64,000 nt of DNA from Nitrospirota bacterium (GCA_963737155.1 CAVTRN010000002.1:288001-352000), one strand, 5' to 3'. Shown: positions 20,647 to 31,701, numbered from the stretch's first letter. Numbers and translations: made by a program. Notes: a model not told the origin generated them from the letters alone.

Positions 20647-21040
20647 TCAGGTTTTGGATTCAAGAACCGCTTGCGAAAACAGTTTTACAACTACCTCATG
20701 TATTTCGGTTGATGTGAACGGTTTTATCAAAAGACCTTCTGCAAGTTGGATGGCTTCCCTCCACTCCACTTCTTGACCCTTCGAGAAAACCACAATAATC
20801 GGGATATTTTTAAAGGCTTCCTGCTTCTTAACCCTCTTGATAAATTCAAGACCGTTCATGCGACGCAGATGCAATATCAACAAATAAGAAGATTTACACC
20901 AGGGTTACTGGCAAACTGATTCAGCCCTTCCTGTCCATTGAGTGCTGTTAGAACAGAACAATTGTATCTCACTAATGTTATTTGATAAATATGATGAAGT
21001 GGAGCCGAGTCATCAACAACAATATTCTTTAACACAATAA
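20647..21040 (-). pseudogene. Frameshifted CheY-like response regulator
   Basis: IVVDDS...ALNGQEGL in one frame, MNGLEFIKRVK...KPFT in another. Confidence 0.75.
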
Positions 21041-21745
21041 TTAGCACTCCTCTAAGGCAGAAATCATCATGACCTGCGTCTACTTCCTGATTGATATAAG
21101 CATCCAAGCCGATAATTACTGGTTTACCATTAATAATCACATCGTAAGTTTTTTAACTACTTCTCCTAGTGACCGCTTTATTGTACTGCCTGTAAAGGCT
21201 AGAACGGCAAGGGCAGAAGCAAATACGATCATTACCGAAATACAATATGTAGGAACATAATATCTCCACTGCTTCTCATAATTGGTTTGACAAAAAGGAC
21301 ATTATCAAACTGTCTTTCGAGTTCACCCATAAGGTGGTTTCCACATTTCTTGTGGTCAAGCATGAAAAATCGCTATGTTGTCTTGCTGTTTGTTCTCACT
21401 ATATCTGCTAAGGTTAGATCCATATATGTACCATCAGGCAAAGGGATCAGTTTGAATAACCACTATTATTAGTCTATACCATAAATAATAGCACATGATG
21501 TTAATAATGTCAATTTAAAATTTGAGTATTAGCTGCCGTCTGTGCAACAAGCTTCTTTAGATAATGGGAAAAGGACAGGTACTCGATTGTCCCGTGACTT
21601 AGAATAGATATTATCGAGATGAAAGGGAAAAGGTTTGCTGTAAGAACGGGACATTTGTATAGCGGCATGTGATTTGATAAAATAGACGAAGAGCCGGGGA
21701 AAGAGAATATTCTGGTAAGGTTATGATTTAGTGTCGGTGAAAATG

Positions 21746-21931
21746 CTATTTAGAAATATCCTTTTCGTCTTCAATCCCAAATAGCTTCCGATGAAACTTA
21801 TAATCATAATCATCTTTTACACATGTTTGCATAATTTTCAGATACCACTCGGCATGTTTTCTATCCAACCCGTCCTCCATTAATTTGCTGATATACGCAA
21901 GTTCCTTCTTGGTATATTTTTTCTCGTTCAT
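21746..21931 (-). CDS. Small hypothetical protein adjacent to ISL3
   Basis: 61-aa ORF with ATG 10 bp from the IS end. Confidence 0.4.
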   Translation of the reverse strand: MNEKKYTKKELAYISKLMEDGLDRKHAEWYLKIMQTCVKDDYDYKFHRKLFGIEDEKDISK

Positions 21932-21941
21932 TAGACAATTA

Positions 21942-23316
21942 GGCTCATGGCACCCTTCTGTGGGTAAAAGACCACGGATGGAATCGATTCATCCAGGGAG
22001 TGTAGGCCTGAATGATCTTCAAATCTAGATAGGCATTGTCTCGATAACCGTATGCGCGGCGAATTACATTTCTTGCTTTAGCGTTTGCGGCCTCAATAAA
22101 TCCAAGCGGCGCTTTATTATCGCAATACGCCAAAATACCATCCAGATGCTTTTCCACCATACGTGCGAATTTTTGCATCGGCTTCAGTCGACTCCATTTA
22201 AGTTGGTCTACCCAACCTCGAAAGAACTTGCGTGCCCATGTTATTGATTCATAGCTCCACAAGTGCCCAAACGTCTCTTTCATCAAATGCGCCTTAAACA
22301 ATCGCTTATTTGCTCGCAATGCGTCATTCAGCTCTACCCGCGCATTTCCTCGTACATGGGCTTGACGGGAAAGCAGAATAAATTTTTTCCCCGACAGTCG
22401 GCCTTTCATCCATTTCCCGGCCTTTCGGATCTCCTGTACTCGCACAGCATTAAGAGCTTTTAGTAAGTGTTGGATAACGTGAAACTTATCGTAAATAATC
22501 TGCGCACTCGGACAGTGCTTGCGGACACTGTTGCGGAACGGCTTCCACATGTCCATTACTGCATGGGTGATTATATGAGCACGCTCTTTGCCAAACCACT
22601 TCCAGAACTTGCTCAAGTTGCGTTCTTTTCGCCCTTTTCCCACAAACAGCATCTCGGGACCACGAGGTCCATCCAGAGCGCTTATCATGTGCTTATACTT
22701 ATGACCCTTGCCCTTTCCATGGGAAAGTTCATCCATGCCCAATACGTTTATGCCGTCCAGAGGGCGGTTTGCCTGCTCTTCTTGTAATGCCTGTTTATCG
22801 ATCGCCTTGACCGTATGTCGGTGCAGCATCAGGATATCGCCCACGGCCTTGACCGTTGTCACTTTGCACAATTCCTTGGTTACATGCGCCAATTCTGCGG
22901 TGACCCGCGGTCCTCGGACATCTACAAAATCAAGAGGTTCCGATAAAATCCCGCACGCTTTACAGTTGCCGCGGTAGCGCTCGAATCGGATAAATGTTGG
23001 GGTACTCCAAAACAGTAAATGGCGGACCTCAAATTCCTTGCTGTCGTATCCGCCGACGTCTATTACACCACACTTCGCGCATGTATGAGTTTTATGATCC
23101 CGAGCTATCGTAACAATGACGGATATACGTTCCTTTCGGTATCCTATATCAAACTCCGTCACATGATGCCCTTGAATTCCTAATAAGCGTGTGAGATAAT
23201 CTAAATGCATCCGGAAGGCCCCTCCTTGCTTAATGATTGCGAGTCATTTGCAAGAAGTTAACGCTTTCCGGGTGTCTTTTCAACGCATTTCAGCCCATAG
23301 TATCGTGCCAAGAGCC
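21942..23316 (-). mobile_element. ISL3-family insertion sequence, intact
   Basis: Terminal IRs GGCTCATGGCAC / GGCTCTTGGCAC; 8-bp TSD GACAATTA at 21934-21941 and 23317-23324. Confidence 0.95.
21945..23210 (-). CDS. ISL3 transposase
   Basis: Zn finger, LGMDE, VMDMWKPF, YDKFHVI, EAAN..R.AYGYR motifs. Confidence 0.95.
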   Translation of the reverse strand: MHLDYLTRLLGIQGHHVTEFDIGYRKERISVIVTIARDHKTHTCAKCGVIDVGGYDSKEFEVRHLLFWSTPTFIRFERYRGNCKACGILSEPLDFVDVRGPRVTAELAHVTKELCKVTTVKAVGDILMLHRHTVKAIDKQALQEEQANRPLDGINVLGMDELSHGKGKGHKYKHMISALDGPRGPEMLFVGKGRKERNLSKFWKWFGKERAHIITHAVMDMWKPFRNSVRKHCPSAQIIYDKFHVIQHLLKALNAVRVQEIRKAGKWMKGRLSGKKFILLSRQAHVRGNARVELNDALRANKRLFKAHLMKETFGHLWSYESITWARKFFRGWVDQLKWSRLKPMQKFARMVEKHLDGILAYCDNKAPLGFIEAANAKARNVIRRAYGYRDNAYLDLKIIQAYTPWMNRFHPWSFTHRRVP

Positions 23317-23369
23317 GACAATTATAGCAGAAGGTTTGTTGAGGCGGGTTAATACGACAACTAATGACC

Positions 23370-23840
23370 TTAGTATGAGGTAAAAACGATAAACCTTATT
23401 TTAGTAAGCAGCTTCTCCGCATTATTGTTTTCTTAGTGAAGTTGAAACTGGCTGTTCCCAGGCAAGGATCATAATCTTCTTGTGAGCAATAGTATGTTGA
23501 GGATCAATATACGTTGTTATCCCCATATGAGTCATGAAAATTCCCGCACTATATTTTTTAGACCTGTTCATTTTGTCAAGAATGATTTCGACATGGACTT
23601 ACCATTTGTGTGTGTGTCTACAAGTGCTTTGGCGAGGTCATGATGTAAAATGAGTATGCCTATATAAGAACTTAATTCTTTGCCCTATCCACAGCATCTA
23701 AAATAGCTTCGGTACAACCGCCATTAGGAAAAAAATTGACTTCAGTAGAAGCATTATTCAGAGTGATGTCTTTTGCGGATACAGTGATAGGCAGAATGAT
23801 AATTAGAAGAAACATCAGAATGGGTTTGATTTCACGGTCA
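23370..23840 (-). pseudogene. Phospholipase-D/Nuc-family nuclease pseudogene
   Basis: Minus strand reads FFPNGGCTEAI..AYSF, AHKKIMI (degenerate HxK motif), SFNFT, NNAE with stops and frameshifts. Confidence 0.7.
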
Positions 23841-23869
23841 TTTTCCCGCAAGAAAATGATCTCACTAAT

Positions 23870-24043
23870 CTACCTATAAAAGATTCTACCTATACAAGTT
23901 AACCCCAAAATAATTGCTATGACTATTGAAAGGGGGATAGCAATAACACGAATCAACCTGAAGACCAGTACGAAGAGCGGAATTAAAGCCAAGCCTATGG
24001 TTACAATCAAACAACCTTTAGCGATATCTTTTGCTTCAAGCAT
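23870..24043 (-). CDS. Small membrane protein
   Basis: 57 aa, two hydrophobic stretches. Confidence 0.45.
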   Translation of the reverse strand: MLEAKDIAKGCLIVTIGLALIPLFVLVFRLIRVIAIPLSIVIAIILGLTCIGRIFYR

Positions 24044-24152
24044 CGGGCAACTCTTTCTGTTTTTATCCAGATAAAACCTATTTAAAATTATAACAGAATT
24101 GGAATATGCGGGAAGAGGGAACGATATCTTGATTATTTGATCATATTTCCAA

Positions 24153-25567
24153 TGTTTTGGCTCAGCGTGAACTGGACTTTTAGCCGATTTGAGATACACT
24201 ACTATCTCGAACGGAGGAAAGTCCATGAAAAAGAAACGTCACAACTACACACCCGAAGAAAAAGTCATGATCCTCAAACGTCATTTGACCGAAGGAGTCG
24301 CTGTTTCCGTTTTGTGCGACGAGTACCATCTTCAGCCCAAAGTTTTCTACGATTGGCAGAAGCAGTTGTTTGAGAATGCCTCGGCAGCATTCATTCGAGG
24401 CACCAATGGCTCCAACCGCAAAGATCAGAAGCGCATCCAACAGCTTGAAGAGAAGCTCCAAAAAAAGAATGAAGTAGTGTCCGAGCTGATGGAGGAGCAT
24501 GTAAAGTTAAAAAAAGAACTTGGGGAGCTTTAACCGGCGTCTGGGTTCCCCATGATACAAGAGACGCTATCGTTGACTTTGTCCAGAAATGGAACGATAA
24601 GACTGGCATCCCGATCACACATTTCATCGACTGGCTTGCCGTCCGCAAGAGCAAATTCTACACCTGGATCAAACGCTACGGCAAGGTCAACGAGCATAAT
24701 GCCCCCATCCCTCGTGATTTTTGGCTGGAGGAATGGGAACGAGAAGCAATTATTCAGTTCTGCATCAATAACCCGCTTGAAGGCTACCGGCGGCTCACGT
24801 TCATGATGCTCGACCGGAACGTGGTTGCAGTCAGCCCCGCCAGTGTATGGCGTATTCTTTCAAAGGCAGGGCTTTTAGAGCGGTGGAACAAAAAACCCAG
24901 CAAGAAGGGCACCGGCTTTGTTCAGCCGCTTCTGCCCCACGAACATTGGCACGTAGACGTTTCATACATCAACATTTGCGGCACGTTTTACTACTTGTGC
25001 AGCTTTCTCGACGGATGCAGTCGTTTTATCATCCACTGGGAGATCCGGGAGAAGATGGAGGAGACGGATATCGAGATCATCCTTCAAAAGGCAAAGGAGA
25101 AGTTCCCGGAAGCGCGTCCCCGGATCATATCGGACAACGGTCCACAGTTCATCGCCAAGGACTTCAAAGAGTTCATTCGGCTGTCCGGTATGACGCATGT
25201 ACGGACGTCGCCTTATTATCCGCAGTCAAACGGCAAACTGGAGCGGTTCCATAAAACAATCAAAGGAGAATGCATTCGCCCGAAGACACCGCTCTCACTT
25301 GACGAAGCCAGGAGACTTGTGGCAGAGTACATCGAGCACTACAACACCGTCCGACTCCATAGCGCCATCGGTTACATCGCCCCCGCAGACAAACTGAACG
25401 GTAGGGATAAGGAGATTTTCAAAGAACGGGATCAGAAGCTTGAAGCCGCCCGGGAACAACGCAGAGTCAAGAGACAGCAGGTATATGAGAAAAGCGCCCG
25501 ATCCGGGGCATCCGGATATCCCTTAACTCAGATGGCTACACTGTCCACTTCCGACTGAGGCAAAACA
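24153..25567 (+). mobile_element. IS3-family insertion sequence, intact
   Basis: Ends TGTTTTGGCTCAG / CTGAGGCAAAACA; 4-bp TSD CCAA both sides. Confidence 0.95.
24225..25558 (+). CDS. IS3 transposase OrfA/OrfB joined by -1 frameshift
   Basis: OrfA HTH 24225-24533; slippery AAAAAAAG at 24509-24516; -1 frame is continuous with the DDE domain (WHVDVSY, SDNGPQF, NGKLERF). Confidence 0.92.
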
Positions 25568-25574
25568 CCAATAC

Positions 25575-25895
25575 TAACTAATGATTATGCGATCCTATCA
25601 ATGAAACTTTTGCGAACAAAGTAGACATTATGAAGAAGACCGCAATAATCGGGATATTTCTAAAGGTATCCTGCTTCTTAACTCTCTTGATAAATTCAAG
25701 ACCGTCCATGGGAGGCATATACATATCAACAATAAGAAGATTTATGTCAGGGTTACTAGCAAGCTGATTCAGCCCTTCCTGTCCATTGAATCTGTTAGAA
25801 CAGAACATTTGTATCTCGACAATGTAATTTGATAAACCTGGTGAAGTGCGGCCGAATCATCAACAACAAGGATTTTCTTTAACACAATAAATAGC
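25575..25895 (-). pseudogene. Second CheY-like remnant, truncated near IS3
   Basis: High nucleotide similarity to 20790-21050; frameshifted. Confidence 0.7.
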
Positions 25896-25983
25896 ACTCC
25901 TTTATAACACCACAAGAATAGAATCCTACTATTGCAGAGTCACAGTATAAATATGCTGCTCTTCGAAGAGGTTAAATTGCATA

Positions 25984-26601
25984 TCATTTCACTATATACT
26001 TATTCAGAAAATCAAGAAATATCCGCAACGTTTCCTTGTCTGATGTCTTTACATCAGAAAATTCCATGCCAATAAAATATGCTTCTTGCTGTTTTACTAA
26101 ATGCTTTATTCTACAAGCTAAATGAACCTCTTTGTGCAAGAGTTGATATGTTATCGCATAGGCTTCTGCGGGTAGTAAATTCCTGCTTTCCTGTACTGGT
26201 ACTTTTAATCCGCATCCTCCTTCGCTGATGTCAATCATGACTGCATCAGGAATCGTCTGCCCAGAAGCATCTATGAGGTTGACCGACAAATCAGTTTTGA
26301 ATCGTGGTGCAACCCTGAGTTTTAAACACGCTATTTCCTGCGGATATTTGATAAACACCAGAGGAAACGGAACCTGAATTGTGATAATTTCCGATTCAAA
26401 GCCATATGCAACACCGTTCTGCAAAAAACGCACTTTGCTTGGTTCATTAGTCTTAAGCTTTGCTGGCAAATTATTAACATAGACGGCATCTGTCAGAATG
26501 AACGCATTATGCTTCCAACCTAAAACCCGAGTTGACAGATAAGCTTTGTAATATGTTTCGATTGATAAAGTTAGTCCGACATTAAAAACGATGTTTTCCA
26601 T
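25984..26601 (-). CDS. YcgR-like flagellar-brake / PilZ protein
   Basis: PilZ motifs RVAPR and DISEGG; N-terminal PilZN-like domain. Confidence 0.85.
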   Translation of the reverse strand: MENIVFNVGLTLSIETYYKAYLSTRVLGWKHNAFILTDAVYVNNLPAKLKTNEPSKVRFLQNGVAYGFESEIITIQVPFPLVFIKYPQEIACLKLRVAPRFKTDLSVNLIDASGQTIPDAVMIDISEGGCGLKVPVQESRNLLPAEAYAITYQLLHKEVHLACRIKHLVKQQEAYFIGMEFSDVKTSDKETLRIFLDFLNKYIVK

Positions 26602-26919
26602 TTCCTAATTCCTTCTTGCTAAAAAACTGCAAGTAACAAAGCGGCTTATCAGTCATTGAGGCGTTATCTTCTGTTTCCTGATATATGCATTCAAGCCAAC
26701 AATCACTGGCTTACCATCTATCATAACATCTGTTTTCTTGTTACCTCTTGTACTCGTTACCGCAAGAGTTTATCCCGATGCACTCGATATTAGTGTTTTC
26801 AGGTCAGCGGTTATGATTAGTTTGCTGCCTTAATTTTATCGATAAGCGCCATGTAAATTTCCGTTGCTGAGATGGGTGTTATTATAACAGAGATGATACT
26901 ACAGATTATTAATATAAGG

Positions 26920-27014
26920 CATCGGGTTCATTCCCCGAAAGTCACCAGTTCAAATACGGCCCCCGCTACCAAATTATCAAGGGGTTACAGCGTAAGCCGT
27001 AACCCCATTTTTTT
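26920..27014 (+). pseudogene. Degenerate tRNA-fMet 3' half plus hairpin (att-like scar 3)
   Basis: TCGGGTTCATTCCCCGAAAGTCACCAGTTCAAATACGGCCCCCGCTACCA then GGGGTTACAGC-GTAA-GCCGTAACCCC and a T run. Confidence 0.75.
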
Positions 27015-27285
27015 AAAAAGGACGGTATCAGGAGGACGGAACGGGAGGGTTTTTTGGACCCCCACAGGCACAACCACCTTACAGGATAACCGGAACGCCA
27101 AGATCGGGGTTCCGCAGCTTGCCTGTGAGACCCCCAAAACCACACTTTCTCTACCTTTGCCGGCCGCAAACCGGCTAGTTTACCCGCTCGTGATTCAGGC
27201 CGCCTAAAAGAAATCCCGCTGCCTTCATTGTCTGGTTCTTCGATATAATCGAGAAAACATGATCTTTCTCCACACCTTCTGGTAT

Positions 27286-27741
27286 CTATTTTAGCGGGTT
27301 TCGTTTACGATGCACAAGAGTTCCACTGTAGTACTGTCTGATAAATGCTCTAATTTCTGATTCAAGAGAAAGCAACGGTTTGATTTTACAACCGAGAGCA
27401 AGTTCAATATCGGTAATTTCATTTAAATCAGAAGGGTAAGGCATTGCAACTTCAAGAGTATTTCCTACTTTTCTTACTGGGATAAATTCGTATTTTCGTA
27501 CAATTGATTCTTCAACTTTTATCAGTTCCTCATCAGAAAAATTTTTAGAGAATATATCTACATAAGGTACATTGATATGTTGAGAGATTGCTATAGCTAT
27601 CTCAATTTCATCAACAAAGTTTAATTCAGTAATGATATGACCTAGTTTACCACCCGATTTTTTTTGATGCGCTAATGCATCTGCCAATTGTTTTTCATTG
27701 ATAAGTTTTGATTCTATGAGCATTTCACCTAACTTCATCAT
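27286..27741 (-). CDS. Stand-alone MshEN (GspE/PilB N-terminal) domain protein
   Basis: KLGEMLIESKLINEKQLADALAHQ...KLGHI motif; no ATPase domain. Confidence 0.8.
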   Translation of the reverse strand: MMKLGEMLIESKLINEKQLADALAHQKKSGGKLGHIITELNFVDEIEIAIAISQHINVPYVDIFSKNFSDEELIKVEESIVRKYEFIPVRKVGNTLEVAMPYPSDLNEITDIELALGCKIKPLLSLESEIRAFIRQYYSGTLVHRKRNPLK

Positions 27742-28380
27742 TGGATAATCTCCCTAACCCGGCAATATTATAGAATCTGTCGTATAAAAGTTTAAAAGCA
27801 ACGTCCGATTATTAACAAGTTTATAAACTTCTAATCTTCTATTGATAAATCGGTGCTTCCATTTTTGAGGCCCAGATATTTTCAACTTCGTTACGGATAA
27901 AGTCGAGTTTGAAATTCATTAGCATCGTTTCCGCTTTTTCACTAAGGAAGCTGTAATGCCATCCCCAATCCATTTTATAAAATCCGACCTCTCCGTCAAC
28001 GGCAATACGTACGAAGAAAGCACCGCCTTTAGTACGTCCGCCCGGAAGAACTAAGTACGCTCGACGTCTGTTTTTGAAAACATCCTCAACAAATTCTGTT
28101 GTGACTTGATTGTTACTCGTTCTTTCCTTTTTGTAGATCCAATATTATTCTTTGATGGTGATACAGGCGTTTCTTTCACTAATAACCTCCATCACCATAA
28201 TTGCCAATAAATCCATATTAGAGCTATTTTTCACTAAGTGCAAGTAATCAATTTTATCACGGTTTACCAGAATACTTGAATCCTGTATAATAACCACGCC
28301 ATGAAAACATCTTACAAAGCTAAAAGTAATTGCCCATTGTCTTTACGGTGGAACCAAAAAGACCGGGAGTGATGTAAATC

Positions 28381-28917
28381 ATGATTCTCCACTGCACCCA
28401 AAAACTGCTGAAGGAACTCGGAAGCCCTCACCTCCAGAATCCTGGTGAATCTATCACAGGTCTCGGTAACTGGTACGCCAACCTGCTTGCGATTGACCGG
28501 AGAAAATGCATCCTCTTCACCAACGAGAAAACTCTGTACTCCTTCCTTATCCTCAAGGTTAAGAAAGAGAACCTGAAGAACATTGTTGATGACTTCCTGT
28601 TCAATCTGAACTTGAATCTACAGGCTGAAGGATTCCCTATTGAAGTTATAGGCAGGGTCATGCAAGAGTACACGGATATCGGCTTTGCCAAAACCGCAAG
28701 TAGGCAAATTCTCGATTCTATGAATGAACTCACCTTCCAGTATAAATATCTTATCATAAATCGTTATGGGGGCATTGAAAATATCAGGATTCTCAGAGTC
28801 AATAAGGAAATTAACAGGGTCATTACGCGGGTGGGGAAAGTATATTCCTACCCCATTGAGTCCTTGCGGAAGATATTGATGGGGGAGAGTCAAGCGATAT
28901 ACAAGACGGATTCATAG
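28381..28917 (+). CDS. DUF6933-like hypothetical protein
   Basis: 'I.CTQKLLKEL..LGNWYAN..IDRRKCILFTNEKTLYSF' pattern (family recalled, not searched). Confidence 0.6.
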   Translation: MILHCTQKLLKELGSPHLQNPGESITGLGNWYANLLAIDRRKCILFTNEKTLYSFLILKVKKENLKNIVDDFLFNLNLNLQAEGFPIEVIGRVMQEYTDIGFAKTASRQILDSMNELTFQYKYLIINRYGGIENIRILRVNKEINRVITRVGKVYSYPIESLRKILMGESQAIYKTDS

Positions 28918-29368
28918 CCTCATGCTGTTACCATTCCCGTTGCCACACAGCATTTCAATTGCCGTTTAGGAATCTAGTCTATTTGGGCAGAGGCAAACTG
29001 TTGTGTGTGTTTCTCGGCGGTAGGATTGCTCTTTCAATGGCTGTGAAGCAGGTGGATAATCGGAAGAGGCAGACGGCGTTGAGTTATTTGGTTATGAAAT
29101 TGTACTGGAAGGAACTCATCAGGACAGTCTGAACCTTCCGAATAAAAAGCTGTACCTTGGGTTTCAGGTAATCTTGAGGTGAATAGCATCTTTTTTGCCC
29201 TAGCAGAAGCTTTAGGCTTCCCTCTCTGTTGCTAGTGAGGGCTTGCACACTGCAATCTGGCGTTAGGCTGTTAAATGCGTGTTTCCTCCGCCTCAAAGCC
29301 CAAGGTACCTGTATGAATCACTGGCGACTTCTTTCACCATTCTCAATGTTGAATTCAGCGTTAATGAA

Positions 29369-29397
29369 ACTATAGCAGAGGAATTCCGTAACGTCAA
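29369..29397 (-). promoter_or_regulatory. Sigma70 promoter with extended -10
   Basis: TTGACG-17nt-TATAGT with TG at -15/-14 on the minus strand; no convincing ORF downstream. Confidence 0.65.
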
Positions 29398-29522
29398 GGT
29401 AGGAACAAGTGATTTTGGTAAAACTGCGAGCGGAGTGCTTCAGCACGTATATCAAAAAAAACATTACAAAAAATAGTTTTAATTCAATTCATCGGACAAT
29501 CTATGATTGCTGTCGCCCGATC

Positions 29523-29563
29523 AAAAAAAAAGGGTTGGCATAATATGCCAACCCTTTTTTTTT
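29523..29563. terminator. Bidirectional intrinsic terminator
   Basis: A-run GGGTTGGCAT-AAT-ATGCCAACCC T-run. Confidence 0.8.
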
Positions 29564-29662
29564 CTTTATTGATGCTATGCTGCACTTATGAGGCATCAAG
29601 TAGAGCTTCAAACACGAAAAAAACCGTTTCTCTGCTGCTCGATGCTTCCCGCTTCAATTGCA

Positions 29663-29818
29663 TCAGTGCGAGCATTTCGGGCAAACTACATTGCACCGTA
29701 TACAGATTGAACGACTGCAAGGAAGCCATGCTCCGTCTTTTTTATCCCGCTCGCGCGATAGTTCGTATTCATAGACTACCTTCATTCCCCAGACTTGCCA
29801 ACTCGGCATGCTTCTCAT
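29663..29818 (-). CDS. Small Cys-rich ORF, possibly degraded ferredoxin, divergent from LysR
   Basis: RBS AGGAGG; 51 aa ending CSRSICIRCNVVCPKCSH; alternative frame has TDAIE. Confidence 0.4.
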   Translation of the reverse strand: MRSMPSWQVWGMKVVYEYELSRERDKKDGAWLPCSRSICIRCNVVCPKCSH

Positions 29819-29950
29819 GATTACCTCCTTAGCGATTGACAATAGTGAAATTATCTGTTTCTGCCATGCCCGACACTTTTATGATTATGATAGCCACCGC
29901 CTTGACATATGTCCAATATATTGATAATATCCATTTAATACTTTTTAGAT

Positions 29951-30847
29951 ATGGAACTACGACATCTCAAATACTTTGTTGCAGTGGCCGAAGCACTCCA
30001 TTTTGGGAGAGCTGCCAAAAAGCTTAACATCGCACAGCCGCCCTTGAGCCAGCAGATCATGAACCTGGAAGAAGAACTCGGGATAAAGCTGTTCGACAGG
30101 TCCAGGCGAAACATACAGATGACTGCTGCCGGCGTTTATTTTTTTAAAGAGGCCAGGCAGGTCCTTTTGCATGTTGAAGAGGCTGCTGAAACAGCCAGAA
30201 GGATTCACCACGGAAAGGCCGGACGTCTGGTTGTAGGGTTCGTGGGTTCAGTGATCCATACTTTTTTGCCTGAAGGGTTGCGATTATTCCGGGAGCGCTT
30301 CCCGGAGGTAGAGCTGGAACTGCATGAGATCAATACCGCAGAACAGATAGCGTCGCTTCATGCGAAACGCATTGATGTTGGATTCTTCTACACGGGCGCT
30401 GAGGATTCCATGCTTGCATCAAAAACGCTCACACTGGCTCCTTTGATGGCGGTATTGCATAATAAACACCGTCTCTCAAGCCGTAACTCGGTGCAAATCA
30501 AGGAACTGGCTCATGAGCTTTTCATTGCAAACACACGCTCCTCAGAGCCGGTTGTCCGTGATGCCTTTATCAGCCTGTGTCATTCTGCCGGCTTCAGCCC
30601 GAAAATAGCACAGGAGGCAGGGCAGGTACAAACCGTGCTGGGTCTTGTAGCTTCCGGACTGGGAGTCTGCCTCCTCCCCGATTTTATAAAAAATATCAGG
30701 CGTCCGGGAGTACAGTATATTCCGTTGTCAGGATCACCGCCGGAGGTAAAACTTGCCGTAGTCTGGCGCAGCGATAATGCTTCCATCCTGGTAAAGTCAT
30801 TTGTAAATTTAATTGAGTCTTATTCGAATTTCGACTGGGAACGTTGA
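29951..30847 (+). CDS. LysR-family transcriptional regulator
   Basis: MELRHLKYFVAVAEALHFGRAAKKLNIAQPPLSQQI HTH; substrate-binding domain. Confidence 0.95.
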   Translation: MELRHLKYFVAVAEALHFGRAAKKLNIAQPPLSQQIMNLEEELGIKLFDRSRRNIQMTAAGVYFFKEARQVLLHVEEAAETARRIHHGKAGRLVVGFVGSVIHTFLPEGLRLFRERFPEVELELHEINTAEQIASLHAKRIDVGFFYTGAEDSMLASKTLTLAPLMAVLHNKHRLSSRNSVQIKELAHELFIANTRSSEPVVRDAFISLCHSAGFSPKIAQEAGQVQTVLGLVASGLGVCLLPDFIKNIRRPGVQYIPLSGSPPEVKLAVVWRSDNASILVKSFVNLIESYSNFDWER

Positions 30848-31109
30848 AAATCCTTTCCCTATGACCCGAGCGTCAGATGACGTCCGCGAAGAAGGTGAAA
30901 TAGGGATGTTCCGCAATGGAGCGAAGCTTCCCATGTATCTTACGAGCATTTCGAGCCGACTCAAGGACGGCGCAGTGCTTCCTGAAACCTCGTAACGACA
31001 TGGTTCAAAGACAAGATCAGTGAACGGAATTATCAGACACTCAATAATAGCTAACCTGCACACAATCTCAGGTTGCCATATCTAAAGGCACACCCCCCGG
31101 TTATACAAA

Positions 31110-31625
31110 CACCTCCCAGCGCATTGTTCGTATGGATCCGCCAAGGCCGCTTCTAATCCCAGGAAACACGAAGGCGTGACCTTTGAAGAGGCTAAGCATG
31201 TTCTATTCGATCCATTTGCTCTCACTCATGAGGATAGTGATGCCCAAGGTGAACAGTGGATTGTAACTTCGGGTATTGGAGGAAAAGGGAGAATTCTGGT
31301 TGTCCTCTACACATACCGAGAATAAACAATTCGGCTTATTGCGGTTTGGAAGGCAAGTGAGGCTTAACGGATAAGATATGAAAAACATTTAAGATAAGGC
31401 ATATGCAAAGTTCAAGAATTACGATTTTTCAATGCAAAACCAGTTGCGAACACTCCGCATCTGACAAGTTCCAGGCTTCAGCCGGCAAGAAGCTCATATT
31501 ACCATGAGCGTTAACAGCAATGTCCTGGCTGTATTCAAAGCATGGGCAGAGATTGCCGGTGGCAGCTATCAGACATTGCTGAATGAAGCAGTGAAACAGT
31601 TTGCTCACGGCGTGGCCCCTCTTCC
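31110..31625 (+). pseudogene. BrnT/BrnA toxin-antitoxin remnant
   Basis: KAASN.RKH.GVTFEEAK..FDP (BrnT) and ITMSVNSNVLAVFK...SYQTLLNEAV (BrnA), both interrupted. Confidence 0.7.
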
Positions 31626-31701
31626 GCAGTTAAAAATTCAAGGTTCCAGTAAATCATTTTCTTAGCTGGCAAAATAACTATGGAATAACATACTTCCCTC
31701 C

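Noticed and set aside
24552-24806. Separate 84-aa gene inside IS3
   Set aside because: Wrong frame; the OrfB frame is open from 24512 via the -1 frameshift.
29105-29140. Hammerhead ribozyme (CTGATGAG on minus strand)
   Set aside because: No stem II followed by GAAA; the motif sits within a simple hairpin.
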